In this document: piece after piece, positions 17,192 to 25,925 of the stretch
Numbering within the stretch: the first letter of the stretch is position 1
Layout of the letters: each line of letters starts with the position of its first letter
Assembly (NCBI GenBank): GCA_959019775.1
Contig: CAUEPS010000004.1
Coordinates: 43,457-107,456 of the forward strand
Origin: an uncultured Collinsella sp.
GTDB taxonomy: Bacteria > Actinomycetota > Coriobacteriia > Coriobacteriales > Coriobacteriaceae
Direction: 5' to 3'
DNA: 64,000 nucleotides
Notes under the pieces: generated by a model
Databases searched by the model: none
What the model saw: the letters and a program-made list of their open reading frames with translations, nothing else
Told to the model about the DNA's origin: nothing
Program-made: the position numbers and the translations under genes

Positions 17192-18682
17192 CTAGGCAGT
17201 GTAGGAAATTGTGGCCTTCACCGCGTGGCGCCAGCCGGCGATCTTTTTGGCTCGCTCGTCAGCCGGCATCGAAGGCTCCACGATACTGCGAGCGCCGTAG
17301 ACGTCGACGACGTCGCGCGTGTACATGCCCAGCGCAATGCCGCAGGCCCAAGCCGCGCCCAGGCCGCTCATCTCGTCGTTGCTTGCGATGCGGATGGGCG
17401 AGCCCACAAGATCGCTCTCAAACTGCATCAGGTACGCATCGCGCGTGGGGCCGCCGTCAACGCGAAGCTCGGCCAGCGCCGCGCCCGAATCCTCGACCAT
17501 CGCATCGATCACGTCGAAGATCTGATAGGCGATCGACTCGTCGGCGGCCTTCACGAACTCCGCGCGGCCCGTGGTGCGCGTCATGCCAAAGACGCAACCC
17601 TCGGCGTCGCTTGCCCAGTGCGGCGCGCCCAGGCCGGTAAACGCCGGCACAAAGTAGACGCGGCTCGCCGGGTTGGCGGCATAGCACAGGTCGGTGACCT
17701 CTTCGGGGTTGTTGATGAGCTCCAGGTCGTCACGCAGCCAGGTCTTGACGGCGCCGGCGTAGCTCACGTTGCCCTCGAGCACGTACTCGGTCACGCCGTC
17801 CATGCGCCACGCAAGCGAGCTCGAAAGCCCGTGTGAGCTGGCCACAAACTCGTCGCCGACGTTCATCATAACCGAGCTGCCGGTGCCATAGGTCGCCTTG
17901 GCCATGCCGCGGCTGTGGCAACCCTGCGCAAACAAGGCGGCGTGGCTGTCGCCGAGCACGCCGTGAATGGGCACGGGCGCCGGCAAAAAGCCGCCCAGGT
18001 CCGTTGTGCCGAACAGGCCGTCGGAATCGGTCGCCTGCGGCAGGCAAGCAGCGTCGATGCCAAAGGCCTCGCACACCGGCTCGCTCCAGCAGCCACGGCG
18101 CAGGTCGAACAGCTGCGTGCGGCTGGCGTTGGACCAGTCGCAACGAAACTCGGTGCCGCCCGTGAGCGTCCAGACCACCCAGGCATCGATGGTGCCCAAG
18201 CAAAGCTCGCCCGCCGCAGCGGCCTTAGCAGCCGCCGGCACGTTCGCGAGAATCCAGGCCATCTTGCCCGCCGGATAGTAGGGCGAGAGCACCAGGCCCG
18301 TCGTGTCGCGCACCAACTCGGACACGCCTTCGCGCGCGGCCAGCTCGTCGCACAGCTCGCGGGCACGGGCGCACTGCCACACCACGGCGTCGCACAGCGG
18401 CTCGCCCGTCGTGCGGTTCCAGGCAACGGTGGTCTCGCGCTGGTTGGAAATGCCGATGCCGGCGACGTCGGCCGGGTTAACCCCGGTCTCCTCCACCACA
18501 GCACGCGCCACGGCCAGGACGTTGGCGGCAATCTCAGCCGGATCATGGCTCACCCAGCCGGCCTCGTTGACGATCTGGCGATGTGCGCGGTCGGCACGAT
18601 GAATCAGATGGCCGCCCTCGTCCACCAGCAGCGCCTTAGTGCCCTGCGTGGACTGATCGATTCCGATGATGTAGCGGCCCAT
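17192..18682 (-). CDS. FGGY-family carbohydrate kinase (glycerol-kinase-like)
   Basis: About 496 aa with GIDQSTQGTKALL, GISNQRETTVAW and C-terminal FGGY motifs. ATG 18682 has AAGGGG upstream; the track start at 18697 is TTG. Confidence 0.85.
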   Translation of the reverse strand: MGRYIIGIDQSTQGTKALLVDEGGHLIHRADRAHRQIVNEAGWVSHDPAEIAANVLAVARAVVEETGVNPADVAGIGISNQRETTVAWNRTTGEPLCDAVVWQCARARELCDELAAREGVSELVRDTTGLVLSPYYPAGKMAWILANVPAAAKAAAAGELCLGTIDAWVVWTLTGGTEFRCDWSNASRTQLFDLRRGCWSEPVCEAFGIDAACLPQATDSDGLFGTTDLGGFLPAPVPIHGVLGDSHAALFAQGCHSRGMAKATYGTGSSVMMNVGDEFVASSHGLSSSLAWRMDGVTEYVLEGNVSYAGAVKTWLRDDLELINNPEEVTDLCYAANPASRVYFVPAFTGLGAPHWASDAEGCVFGMTRTTGRAEFVKAADESIAYQIFDVIDAMVEDSGAALAELRVDGGPTRDAYLMQFESDLVGSPIRIASNDEMSGLGAAWACGIALGMYTRDVVDVYGARSIVEPSMPADERAKKIAGWRHAVKATISYTA

Positions 18683-18700
18683 GGCCACCCCTTTCAAAAT

Positions 18701-18735
18701 GAATGTGACAAAGGGACTGTCCCTTTGTCACATTC
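18701..18735. other. Perfect 16-bp stem / 3-nt loop hairpin inside the operon
   Basis: GAATGTGACAAAGGGA-ctg-TCCCTTTGTCACATTC lies between the transketolase-C stop and the kinase start. It has a GGGAC/GTCCC core. Confidence 0.8.
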
Positions 18736-18738
18736 CAA

Positions 18739-19680
18739 TTACTCTGCGGGCAGGAACTCGGCAACGGTCTTGGCAATGCCTTCGCCGGTGAGGCCGTAGT
18801 GCGCGAAGACCTCGGGCGAGGTGCCAGTGATGACCGGCGCGTCGGGCAGGCTCAGGCACTTGACCGGACGCGGACAATGCTCGCCCACGACCTGCGCGAC
18901 CATAGAACCCAGGCCACCGAAGGGGCTGTGCTCCTCGACGGTCACGACGGCACGCGTGGCGCCGGCGGCCTCGATCACGGCCTCGGCGTCGAGCGGCTTG
19001 ACGCAGTACATGTCGAGCACCGTTGCCGAGATGCCCTGCTCGGCCAGCAGATCGGCGGCGTTCACGGCGTGGCGGACCATCTCGCCGGTGGCCACGATCG
19101 TCACATCGGTACCGCGGCGCACCCAGGTGGCGCGGTCCATCTGGAACGGGCACTCATCCTCGGTGTACACGTCCTCGACCGGGTTGCGGCCCACGCGGAT
19201 GTAGGCGGGCTTGTTGTCGGCCACCAGAGCACGGACGAGCTCGGCGGTTTGGAAGCGGTCGCTCGGCAGATACACGCGCATGTTGGGGATCGCGCTCATG
19301 GCGGCGATGTCCTGTGCGGAGTGGTGGCTCATACCCAGGGCGCCGTAGGACACGCCGCCCGAGATGCCGATGAGCTTGACGTTGGTATTGGAGTACGAAA
19401 CGTCGACCTTACACTGCTCATACGAACGCGTGGTCACAAAGGATGCGGGCGAGGCGGCCCAGGCCTTCTTGCCACACGAAGCCATGCCGGCGGCGATGCT
19501 CACCAGGTCCTGCTCGGCAATGCCGACTTCGACGGACTGCTGGGGATACTGATCGAAGAACGGCGTGAGCGACGCGGAGCCACGGGAGTCGGAGCACAGG
19601 ACGACGATGTCCTTGTCGGTTGCGGCGGCCTCGAGCAGCGTGTCGCAGATAACCTTGCGGTTGGCGATCTTGTTAGCCAT
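18739..19680 (-). CDS. Transketolase, C-terminal (pyrimidine-binding) subunit
   Basis: Starts MANKIANRKV at ATG 19680, which overlaps the upstream stop (ATGGCTAA). It has EVGIAEQDLVSIAAGMA. Confidence 0.9.
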   Translation of the reverse strand: MANKIANRKVICDTLLEAAATDKDIVVLCSDSRGSASLTPFFDQYPQQSVEVGIAEQDLVSIAAGMASCGKKAWAASPASFVTTRSYEQCKVDVSYSNTNVKLIGISGGVSYGALGMSHHSAQDIAAMSAIPNMRVYLPSDRFQTAELVRALVADNKPAYIRVGRNPVEDVYTEDECPFQMDRATWVRRGTDVTIVATGEMVRHAVNAADLLAEQGISATVLDMYCVKPLDAEAVIEAAGATRAVVTVEEHSPFGGLGSMVAQVVGEHCPRPVKCLSLPDAPVITGTSPEVFAHYGLTGEGIAKTVAEFLPAE

Positions 19681-20509
19681 TGATGGCCTCCTTATGGGCA
19701 GCGAAATCGGCGATGATCTGGGCATATTCCTCATCGTTGGGCAGGTGGTGATGCCAGGCGGCCTTGTCCTCCATGACGGGCGAGCCATAGCCCTTCACCG
19801 TGTTGAGAATGATGACCGTGGGCTTTCCGCTGGTCTCTGCCGCAAGCGTCAGCGCGGCGTCGATGGCTCGAACGTCGTTGCCCGGAATGGAGAGCACGTT
19901 CCAGCCGAAGGCAGCCCAGCGCTCCTCCTGCGAATCCTGCTTCATGACGTCCTCGGTGCTGCCGCTGATCTGCAGGCGGTTGCGGTCCACGAGCGCGCAC
20001 AGGTTATCGAGCTGGTAGTTGCCACCGCTCATGGCGCCCTCCCAGACCGAGCCCTCGGCAAGCTCGCCATCGCCCATGATGGTGTAGACGCGGTAGTCGC
20101 GGCCGTCCATCTTGCCGGCAAGCGCCATGCCGACGGCCACGGGCAGGCCATGGCCCAGCGAACCGGAGTTCATCTCGATGCCCTTGAGCTTGTTGTTGGG
20201 ATGCCCGATGTAGGGGCTGCCGAACTTGGAGAAGCGGGCTTTGACATCGTCGAGGTCCAGATAGCCCTCGTGGCACAGCACCGCGTAGTAGGCCTCCATG
20301 GCGTGGCCCTTGGAGAGCACGAAGCGATCGCGGTTGGGATCGTCGACAGTCTCGGGCGAAATGTTAAGGTGGTTGGCATAGAGGGTCATGAGGGCGTCGA
20401 TCACCGACATGTCGCCGCCAATATGGCCGCCGGCGCCAGCCATGATGATATCGACGCAATCACGGCGAAGGTCCCAGCGCAGGGACTCAAGCTCTTCGAT
20501 AGTTGCCAT
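19673..20509 (-). CDS. Transketolase, N-terminal (TPP-binding) subunit
   Basis: 278 aa with SGSLGHGLPVAVGMA and the GDGELAEGSVWE TPP motif. Confidence 0.9.
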   Translation of the reverse strand: MATIEELESLRWDLRRDCVDIIMAGAGGHIGGDMSVIDALMTLYANHLNISPETVDDPNRDRFVLSKGHAMEAYYAVLCHEGYLDLDDVKARFSKFGSPYIGHPNNKLKGIEMNSGSLGHGLPVAVGMALAGKMDGRDYRVYTIMGDGELAEGSVWEGAMSGGNYQLDNLCALVDRNRLQISGSTEDVMKQDSQEERWAAFGWNVLSIPGNDVRAIDAALTLAAETSGKPTVIILNTVKGYGSPVMEDKAAWHHHLPNDEEYAQIIADFAAHKEAING

Positions 20510-20511
20510 TT

Positions 20512-21912
20512 CTACTCTCCTCGCAGGTAGGCTTTGACGTCTTCTTCAATGGGGTCGTACAGGTCGGGCTGGATGCCGATGTACTTGCACGCCTCGTAGA
20601 GCACCGGCACCACGTTGGCGTGAATAGCGACGCAGTGGTGGATGTAGGGGCCCTCGACGATCTTGGCCTCGAGGCGCTTGAGGTTTTCGACCTCGACCCA
20701 CAGGTAGGTGCCCATGCCGGCCGGGCCGTCGATGCCGCGGGCGTTGCCCAGCAGCAGCGAATACTCGCCGTTGTCGCCGTCAAAGCGGGCAAGGGTGAGA
20801 TCGCCGTGTTTGGCCTCGGCCGTCAGCGCGCCGGGGTGGTCGAAAGCCAGCGGGTAGGTGAGCTTGGGCTTGACGGCCGCGCAGCTGCAGGGCCAGGGGC
20901 CGCAGTGCTGCAACAGCTCGCCGTTCTCGTTATCGGGATGGCGCACGGTCCAGTCGGCGAACATGCCGCGGTGACGGCCCAGGTCGGCGGCCTCGACCAT
21001 CAGCGCAGTGATGGCGCCGTGGATATCGGTCTCGCATACGACGGGAATGCCCATCTCGTTAAGGATGGCGTTGGCCGCGCAGGGCATAATGCCCAGCTCG
21101 TCCTGCAGGGCGTTCCAGCACTGGATGGCGCCGGCGTTGCAGCCGTACTTCTCGACCAGGCGCTTCATAGCGATGGCGAGCCCTGCGACCGCGGGGACCT
21201 TGTCCTCGGGTATGCAGATCTCAAAGCTGTGGCGAATGTGGTCGAGCATGGCGGCCATGGCCTGCTCGTCGGCCTGAGCGTCGCGCACAGCCTGAACAAG
21301 TTCGGTCATGGGGATGGGCGAAAGCTGGATGTTGAACTTCTCGAGCAGCTCGCCCTCGTTGCACATGGTCGACCAGAAGTCGAACGGGCGGGTGGCCATC
21401 TGCAGGATGCGGGTGTGCTTGAAGGTCTTAACGACGTTGCACACGGCCAGGAAGTCCCAGACGCCGCGCTCGAACTCGGGATCAGTCAGGCGGCAGTTGG
21501 TCATGTAGGTGAAGGGGACCTGGAAGCGGCGCAGGACCTTGCCGGTGGCGAACAGGCCGCACTGGCTGTCGCGCAGGCGGGTGCCGTCGGGCTCGGGGCG
21601 CTCGTCGCGCGGGCCCCACAGCAGCACGGGCAGACCGAGCTCGCGGGCAAGGCGGGCGCAGACGTACTCGGTACCAAAGTTGGCGTGGCACAGCATGATG
21701 CCGTCGACGCCCTCGGCGCGGAACTTCTTGACGATAGGCTCGATATGGCTGTCGTCGAACAGCAGGCCCTCGTCGTTGATGTCGTCGATATCAACGATGT
21801 CGACGCCGATCTCGCGCAGACGGTCAGCCGTCAGACCACGATACTTGATCGCGTCCGGCGCGCTAAAGATGCTGCGGCGCGTAGGCACAAAACCGAGCTT
21901 GATCTTATCCAT
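20512..21912 (-). CDS. L-fucose/L-arabinose isomerase-family sugar isomerase
   Basis: 466 aa, MDKIKLGFVPTRRSIFS..., with a family-typical N-terminal Rossmann-like segment and C-terminal domain. Confidence 0.75.
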   Translation of the reverse strand: MDKIKLGFVPTRRSIFSAPDAIKYRGLTADRLREIGVDIVDIDDINDEGLLFDDSHIEPIVKKFRAEGVDGIMLCHANFGTEYVCARLARELGLPVLLWGPRDERPEPDGTRLRDSQCGLFATGKVLRRFQVPFTYMTNCRLTDPEFERGVWDFLAVCNVVKTFKHTRILQMATRPFDFWSTMCNEGELLEKFNIQLSPIPMTELVQAVRDAQADEQAMAAMLDHIRHSFEICIPEDKVPAVAGLAIAMKRLVEKYGCNAGAIQCWNALQDELGIMPCAANAILNEMGIPVVCETDIHGAITALMVEAADLGRHRGMFADWTVRHPDNENGELLQHCGPWPCSCAAVKPKLTYPLAFDHPGALTAEAKHGDLTLARFDGDNGEYSLLLGNARGIDGPAGMGTYLWVEVENLKRLEAKIVEGPYIHHCVAIHANVVPVLYEACKYIGIQPDLYDPIEEDVKAYLRGE

Positions 21913-21994
21913 GTACGTCCTCCCCTAGTCACATGTTCAGTAAACAGACGCATGTTTCGTTTTGTTCTGTTTACTAAATGTTTTACTCTTTTGT

Positions 21995-22023
21995 TTATTA
22001 GTTTAGCGCGAAATACCTGTAAA
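21995..22023 (-). promoter_or_regulatory. Putative promoter of the isomerase-transketolase-kinase operon
   Basis: Minus strand reads TTTACA (22023-22018), 17-nt spacer, TAATAA (22000-21995). It is flanked by GTAAAC/GTTTAC motifs. Confidence 0.45.
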
Positions 22024-22078
22024 CGGTAGAGAAATCAGCCTAAACGGTATGTAAACGTTCTGAACATACAGGGGGAAC

Positions 22079-22105
22079 AAAAAAGAGGGCCCCAAAGGAC
22101 CCTCT
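22079..22105 (-). terminator. Rho-independent terminator after PTS IIA
   Basis: The minus strand has an AGAGGGTCC..GGGCCCTCT stem followed by a TTTTTTG run. Confidence 0.7.
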
Positions 22106-22194
22106 CTGTCCACACAAGTATGTAAACGGAACCAATGCCGTCCATCGCCGCGAGAGAACCGCCCGCGGCGACAGCCCGGCAACAGGGCCAGCGG

Positions 22195-22512
22195 CTACGC
22201 GCCCATCTTGCGATAGACGTCCACGAACTCCTTGGCAAGGATGCCAAAGCCCTCGGCGCTCATCAGCTGATCCTCGGCATGGACGACCAAAAGATCGATG
22301 CTCAGGTTCTCGCCGGCGGCAGTCTGCTGGACAAGGCCACCATGGGCAGCGTGGCCCTCGGCATAGTGCTGCTGGCCTTCCGTGATCTTTGCCTCGGCCT
22401 CTTCGAACTTGCCGTCACGAGCTAGATGAATCGCATCGATATAGCAGCTGCGCGCGCAACCGACGCCTGCAATGATCTGAAAACTCTGAAGCTGAATCTC
22501 TTCTGCCGTCAT
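22195..22512 (-). CDS. PTS lactose/cellobiose-family EIIA
   Basis: Starts MTAEEIQLQSFQIIAG at ATG 22512 and has the HAEDQLM phospho-His region. The longer track ORF overlaps IIB and was trimmed. Confidence 0.88.
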   Translation of the reverse strand: MTAEEIQLQSFQIIAGVGCARSCYIDAIHLARDGKFEEAEAKITEGQQHYAEGHAAHGGLVQQTAAGENLSIDLLVVHAEDQLMSAEGFGILAKEFVDVYRKMGA

Positions 22513-22514
22513 AC

Positions 22515-22817
22515 TTACAGCCCCATCAGTTCCTTGGCCTGAGCCAGAGCCTTGACGCCGTCCATCATGCCGTAGGTGGTCATGGGAATTACGCCGACCG
22601 GAACCCCGGGGCATGCGGCGCAAACTTCATCCTTGGCATAGCCAACCTGCGGCCCAAGCAGAATGCAGTCGGCATTGCGGCCAATGGTGGCAGCCTCGTT
22701 GACGGCGTGAGCGGACACCTCGCACTCCAGGCCCTCGGCGTCGGCGGCCTTCTTGATGTTCTTCATGATGATGCCCGTGGACATGCCGCCAGCGCACATA
22801 AGAACGATGTTTTTCAT
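22515..22817 (-). CDS. PTS lactose/cellobiose-family EIIB
   Basis: Starts MKNIVLMCAGGMSTG, which contains the active Cys loop. ATG 22817 has AAGGAA upstream. Confidence 0.9.
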   Translation of the reverse strand: MKNIVLMCAGGMSTGIIMKNIKKAADAEGLECEVSAHAVNEAATIGRNADCILLGPQVGYAKDEVCAACPGVPVGVIPMTTYGMMDGVKALAQAKELMGL

Positions 22818-22907
22818 TGCAGTTCCTTTCCTGTAACCCCTCACAGGGACTTATATGTTTCGGCGATCAACGCGATCGGCCGAACCTTCGAACTTGTGGA
22901 CAATGAC

Positions 22908-24191
22908 CTACTCGGCAGAAGCCTTTGCAGCAGCTTCCTCGGCCAGTGCCTCCTTATCGGCCATCTTGACGAACGGGATAAACAGCAGTCCGACCAGCAG
23001 GATTGCGGCGAGGACGATTGCGACCAGGCCAATGCCGCCCGTAAAGAAGTTGCTGATGGGCAGCGGCACGACAAACGGCATGGAAATGGTCGGGTTAAAT
23101 GCATTGCCCAGACCGAGCATCAGGCCGACGGCGGCAGCAATGCAGGCCACGGGCTTGAGCAGGATGTAGGGGATGAACATATAAGGGTTCATGGCAATGG
23201 GCGTACCGAAGATGATGGGCTCGGAGATGTTGAAGAGTGCGGGCACCAGGGCAATCTTGGAGAGGGCCTTGTAGCGCTCGGACTTGGCCGTGAGCAGCGC
23301 AAGCTCCATGCCAAGGGCGTCAACAGAACCGACAGAGAACATGATGATGAACGACAGGTACGGCAGTGGCTGGCCGGCAACGAATGCCTCGGTGTTGGCA
23401 AGAGCGCAGGCCTGGATAACCGGCATGTACACGCCCATCAGGACGCTGGGGTGGATACCAAAGAAGAACAGCAGGTTGCACAGCGTAAAGTAAATGACAA
23501 CGGCCCAGGGGCTGGAGCCCAGGAACATAACGGGAGTGGCAATGGTGCTGTTGATGAGGTTAAAGACATCGCCATAGCTCGTCAGGCCCATACCCCACTT
23601 AAGCAGCGCGGCCGTGGTGAAGATAACGATGGCGCAGAACATCGGAGATAGCGAATCGTTAACGAACTGAGGGACGGAATCGGGCATGGGGATGGCGATA
23701 TGCTTCATAAGGAAGTTAAGCGCCTTCGGCACGATCAACGCCACGAGCAGCGCAACGAACAGACCCGAGCTGCCCAGATAACGGGTCACGATAAACGTCG
23801 AGCCGTCCTCGGCATGGCCAAGAGGAATCAGCAGGAGCAAAACGCCAATAGCCGCAACCGTCGACGTAAGGCCTTTGTTCCCGAGCACCTTGCCGTAGGA
23901 GTACGAGACCGAGGCGCACATGTAGATGGCGCCGAGGTTCATGGTAACGACCAGTACGTCGGTAATCGTCGCCGACATGCCGGTGCTGGTAAGGAACGCC
24001 TGCAACGGCGGGATCGGCAGCCCGTTGATAATGGAGAGCAGCGCCACGCCCAGCGTAACGGGCATGGTCGCCATCATGCCGGACATAAGGCCCTTTACGA
24101 CCTTAAAGCTACTCACTTTGTGGGCAATGGGACCCACGTGCTTCTCGAGGAAGCCCTGCATCGAATCGAGAACGCTCATTTTTGTGTTCAC
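22908..24191 (-). CDS. PTS lactose/cellobiose-family EIIC permease
   Basis: 427-aa polytopic membrane protein with family-typical N-terminus FLEKHVGPIAHK. The start is GTG 24191 or ATG 24179. Confidence 0.85.
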   Translation of the reverse strand: MNTKMSVLDSMQGFLEKHVGPIAHKVSSFKVVKGLMSGMMATMPVTLGVALLSIINGLPIPPLQAFLTSTGMSATITDVLVVTMNLGAIYMCASVSYSYGKVLGNKGLTSTVAAIGVLLLLIPLGHAEDGSTFIVTRYLGSSGLFVALLVALIVPKALNFLMKHIAIPMPDSVPQFVNDSLSPMFCAIVIFTTAALLKWGMGLTSYGDVFNLINSTIATPVMFLGSSPWAVVIYFTLCNLLFFFGIHPSVLMGVYMPVIQACALANTEAFVAGQPLPYLSFIIMFSVGSVDALGMELALLTAKSERYKALSKIALVPALFNISEPIIFGTPIAMNPYMFIPYILLKPVACIAAAVGLMLGLGNAFNPTISMPFVVPLPISNFFTGGIGLVAIVLAAILLVGLLFIPFVKMADKEALAEEAAAKASAE

Positions 24192-24274
24192 TGATCCTCT
24201 CTAAACGATTCATCTAGCTGTCAAACGGGAAATTGCGGCCGACTCTTTCCCGCCTATGACCAATGGAAATATGG

Positions 24275-25897
24275 TTACGCCTTGAGCTCGAGGACGAGGA
24301 GCCAATCCCCAACCCCGGGTTTGTCAGGCAGAATGATGCTGCCCGTGACGGCAAGGGCGTCCTCGCCGTCACGGTATGCGCCCGTGCGAGGGTTAAACCA
24401 TCGGCTTGCATAGGCAGCGCCCGTCGGCACGCCCTCGATAGCAAGCTTTTGGCGCACGGTATCGCCAAAGTACGCGACGATGCGCGAAAGGTCCTGGTTG
24501 GCGGTTGCCAGCGGAGCCTTGTTGGCAAACAGGTTGCCCGCATCGGTCGTTTCGTAGGGAGCAAGCTCCCAGAAGTGATTGTCTTCGTAGAAGGAGCGCA
24601 TGTAGCCCATCTGGACCGCACCTTCTCCGTCTACCGCCTGGGCCCAAGTAATGCCAAAGCGGTTGAAGATCGCCATAAAGGGGTCAAGCTCCTCAGGGCT
24701 TTCCCACACGTTGTTCCAGATTCCCTGGGCTCCGTAGGTATAGCCGGCGCCGCCGGCCTGCATGCAGATATACGCCACACGGCGCAGCATGTCTGCGGTG
24801 CACAGGCGCGTACCCATCTCCTCGAGCGTCGAGCAAAACTCGTAGAGCGCCTCGCCCTCAACGAAGGGTTTGTCGTCATGAGCTGCCAGATAGTCAAAGT
24901 AGTCGCTTGCCTTGATTATGTAATCGCCGTGACCGGCTTGGTTGAGCGTAAAGTCCATCCAGGGCTCATCCTGGTAGTAATCGGCAAAGGGGCGCTCGTT
25001 GGTATAGTGCGCTGTCGCCAGATGACCATAGCCGTCGCGTGCCTCAATCTCCAAGGCGACCTCACGCCAGCCGTCAATCATGGCGGCTCGACCTTCTTTG
25101 CGGTATCCGGCAACCTCGCCGGCAAGCGTCCACACCATCGGATATGCACCATAGCGCGCCACCAGGTAGCGGGCGAGGTGCTTTTGGTGTTCCACGGCAT
25201 GCTCGCCGAGAATGGCAAACGCCCACGCTTGCCCAAGCGCATTGACTAAGCCCGCATCGGCGATATAGGCCATACGGCGGTCGAGCTCCCGCTGGTAGAA
25301 GGCCACATTAGGCACATCTTCCACACCCTTGGCCATGCCGCCGTCAATCCAATAGCGATCACCTGCGCCCATGTCAGAGCGCAGGTTGGTCTGATAGACG
25401 GTAAAGCCCTGCTTGGCACGTAGGTCGACCATGCCGCGAAATTGGCTTGTCATGCCGGGGTGGTTCGACGCATCCCAGCTCTCGCGGTAGGCAAACTCCC
25501 AATGGGTATCGCCCAGCCAAAAGAACGGCGTACCATCTGAATAGGCAAACATGCGCGAATCGTCTGCAACGCGGATAAAACCGTGGCGATACAGATCGAG
25601 GTCGCCCGCGTACGGCACGGCCTCGACGCGGCCCGTGCAGCCATTAAGACCGGTCTGCTCGGGAGCCTCGATAACATAGTTCCAGGCGCCCAGCTCGGTC
25701 GGGGCAAACGACACGCAGTAGGTACGCCCACCATCCCAGTAGGCCTCGCGGCGAATTACCCTGCCACTCGGGCCGGTGAACTCCGCCCAAATCTCAACGT
25801 CTAAAAACGGGTTATCGAACGAACAGGCGCTCTCAAACGTCAGTACAACCGGGCGCCAAATCTCGGCAACAGCGTCCTTGTTCAACGTCATATCCAT
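24275..25897 (-). CDS. GH140-like glycoside hydrolase (DUF5060 + DUF4038 architecture), no signal peptide
   Basis: 540 aa with an N-terminal beta-sandwich (FDNPFLDVEIWAEFTGPSG..REAYWDGG) followed by FFWLGDTHWE, typical of DUF4038. Confidence 0.65.
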   Translation of the reverse strand: MDMTLNKDAVAEIWRPVVLTFESACSFDNPFLDVEIWAEFTGPSGRVIRREAYWDGGRTYCVSFAPTELGAWNYVIEAPEQTGLNGCTGRVEAVPYAGDLDLYRHGFIRVADDSRMFAYSDGTPFFWLGDTHWEFAYRESWDASNHPGMTSQFRGMVDLRAKQGFTVYQTNLRSDMGAGDRYWIDGGMAKGVEDVPNVAFYQRELDRRMAYIADAGLVNALGQAWAFAILGEHAVEHQKHLARYLVARYGAYPMVWTLAGEVAGYRKEGRAAMIDGWREVALEIEARDGYGHLATAHYTNERPFADYYQDEPWMDFTLNQAGHGDYIIKASDYFDYLAAHDDKPFVEGEALYEFCSTLEEMGTRLCTADMLRRVAYICMQAGGAGYTYGAQGIWNNVWESPEELDPFMAIFNRFGITWAQAVDGEGAVQMGYMRSFYEDNHFWELAPYETTDAGNLFANKAPLATANQDLSRIVAYFGDTVRQKLAIEGVPTGAAYASRWFNPRTGAYRDGEDALAVTGSIILPDKPGVGDWLLVLELKA

Positions 25898-25925
25898 TGC
25901 AGACCCCTCTCCGGTCTTAGTCCTG

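Noticed and set aside
16552-18682. An Lsr-like AI-2 processing pair (luxS next to an FGGY kinase acting as LsrK).
   Set aside because: There are no LsrF, LsrG, LsrR or LsrACDB homologues. The kinase is translationally embedded in a transketolase/isomerase sugar operon, and a terminator separates it from luxS. The adjacency is noted but the AI-2 kinase idea is unsupported.
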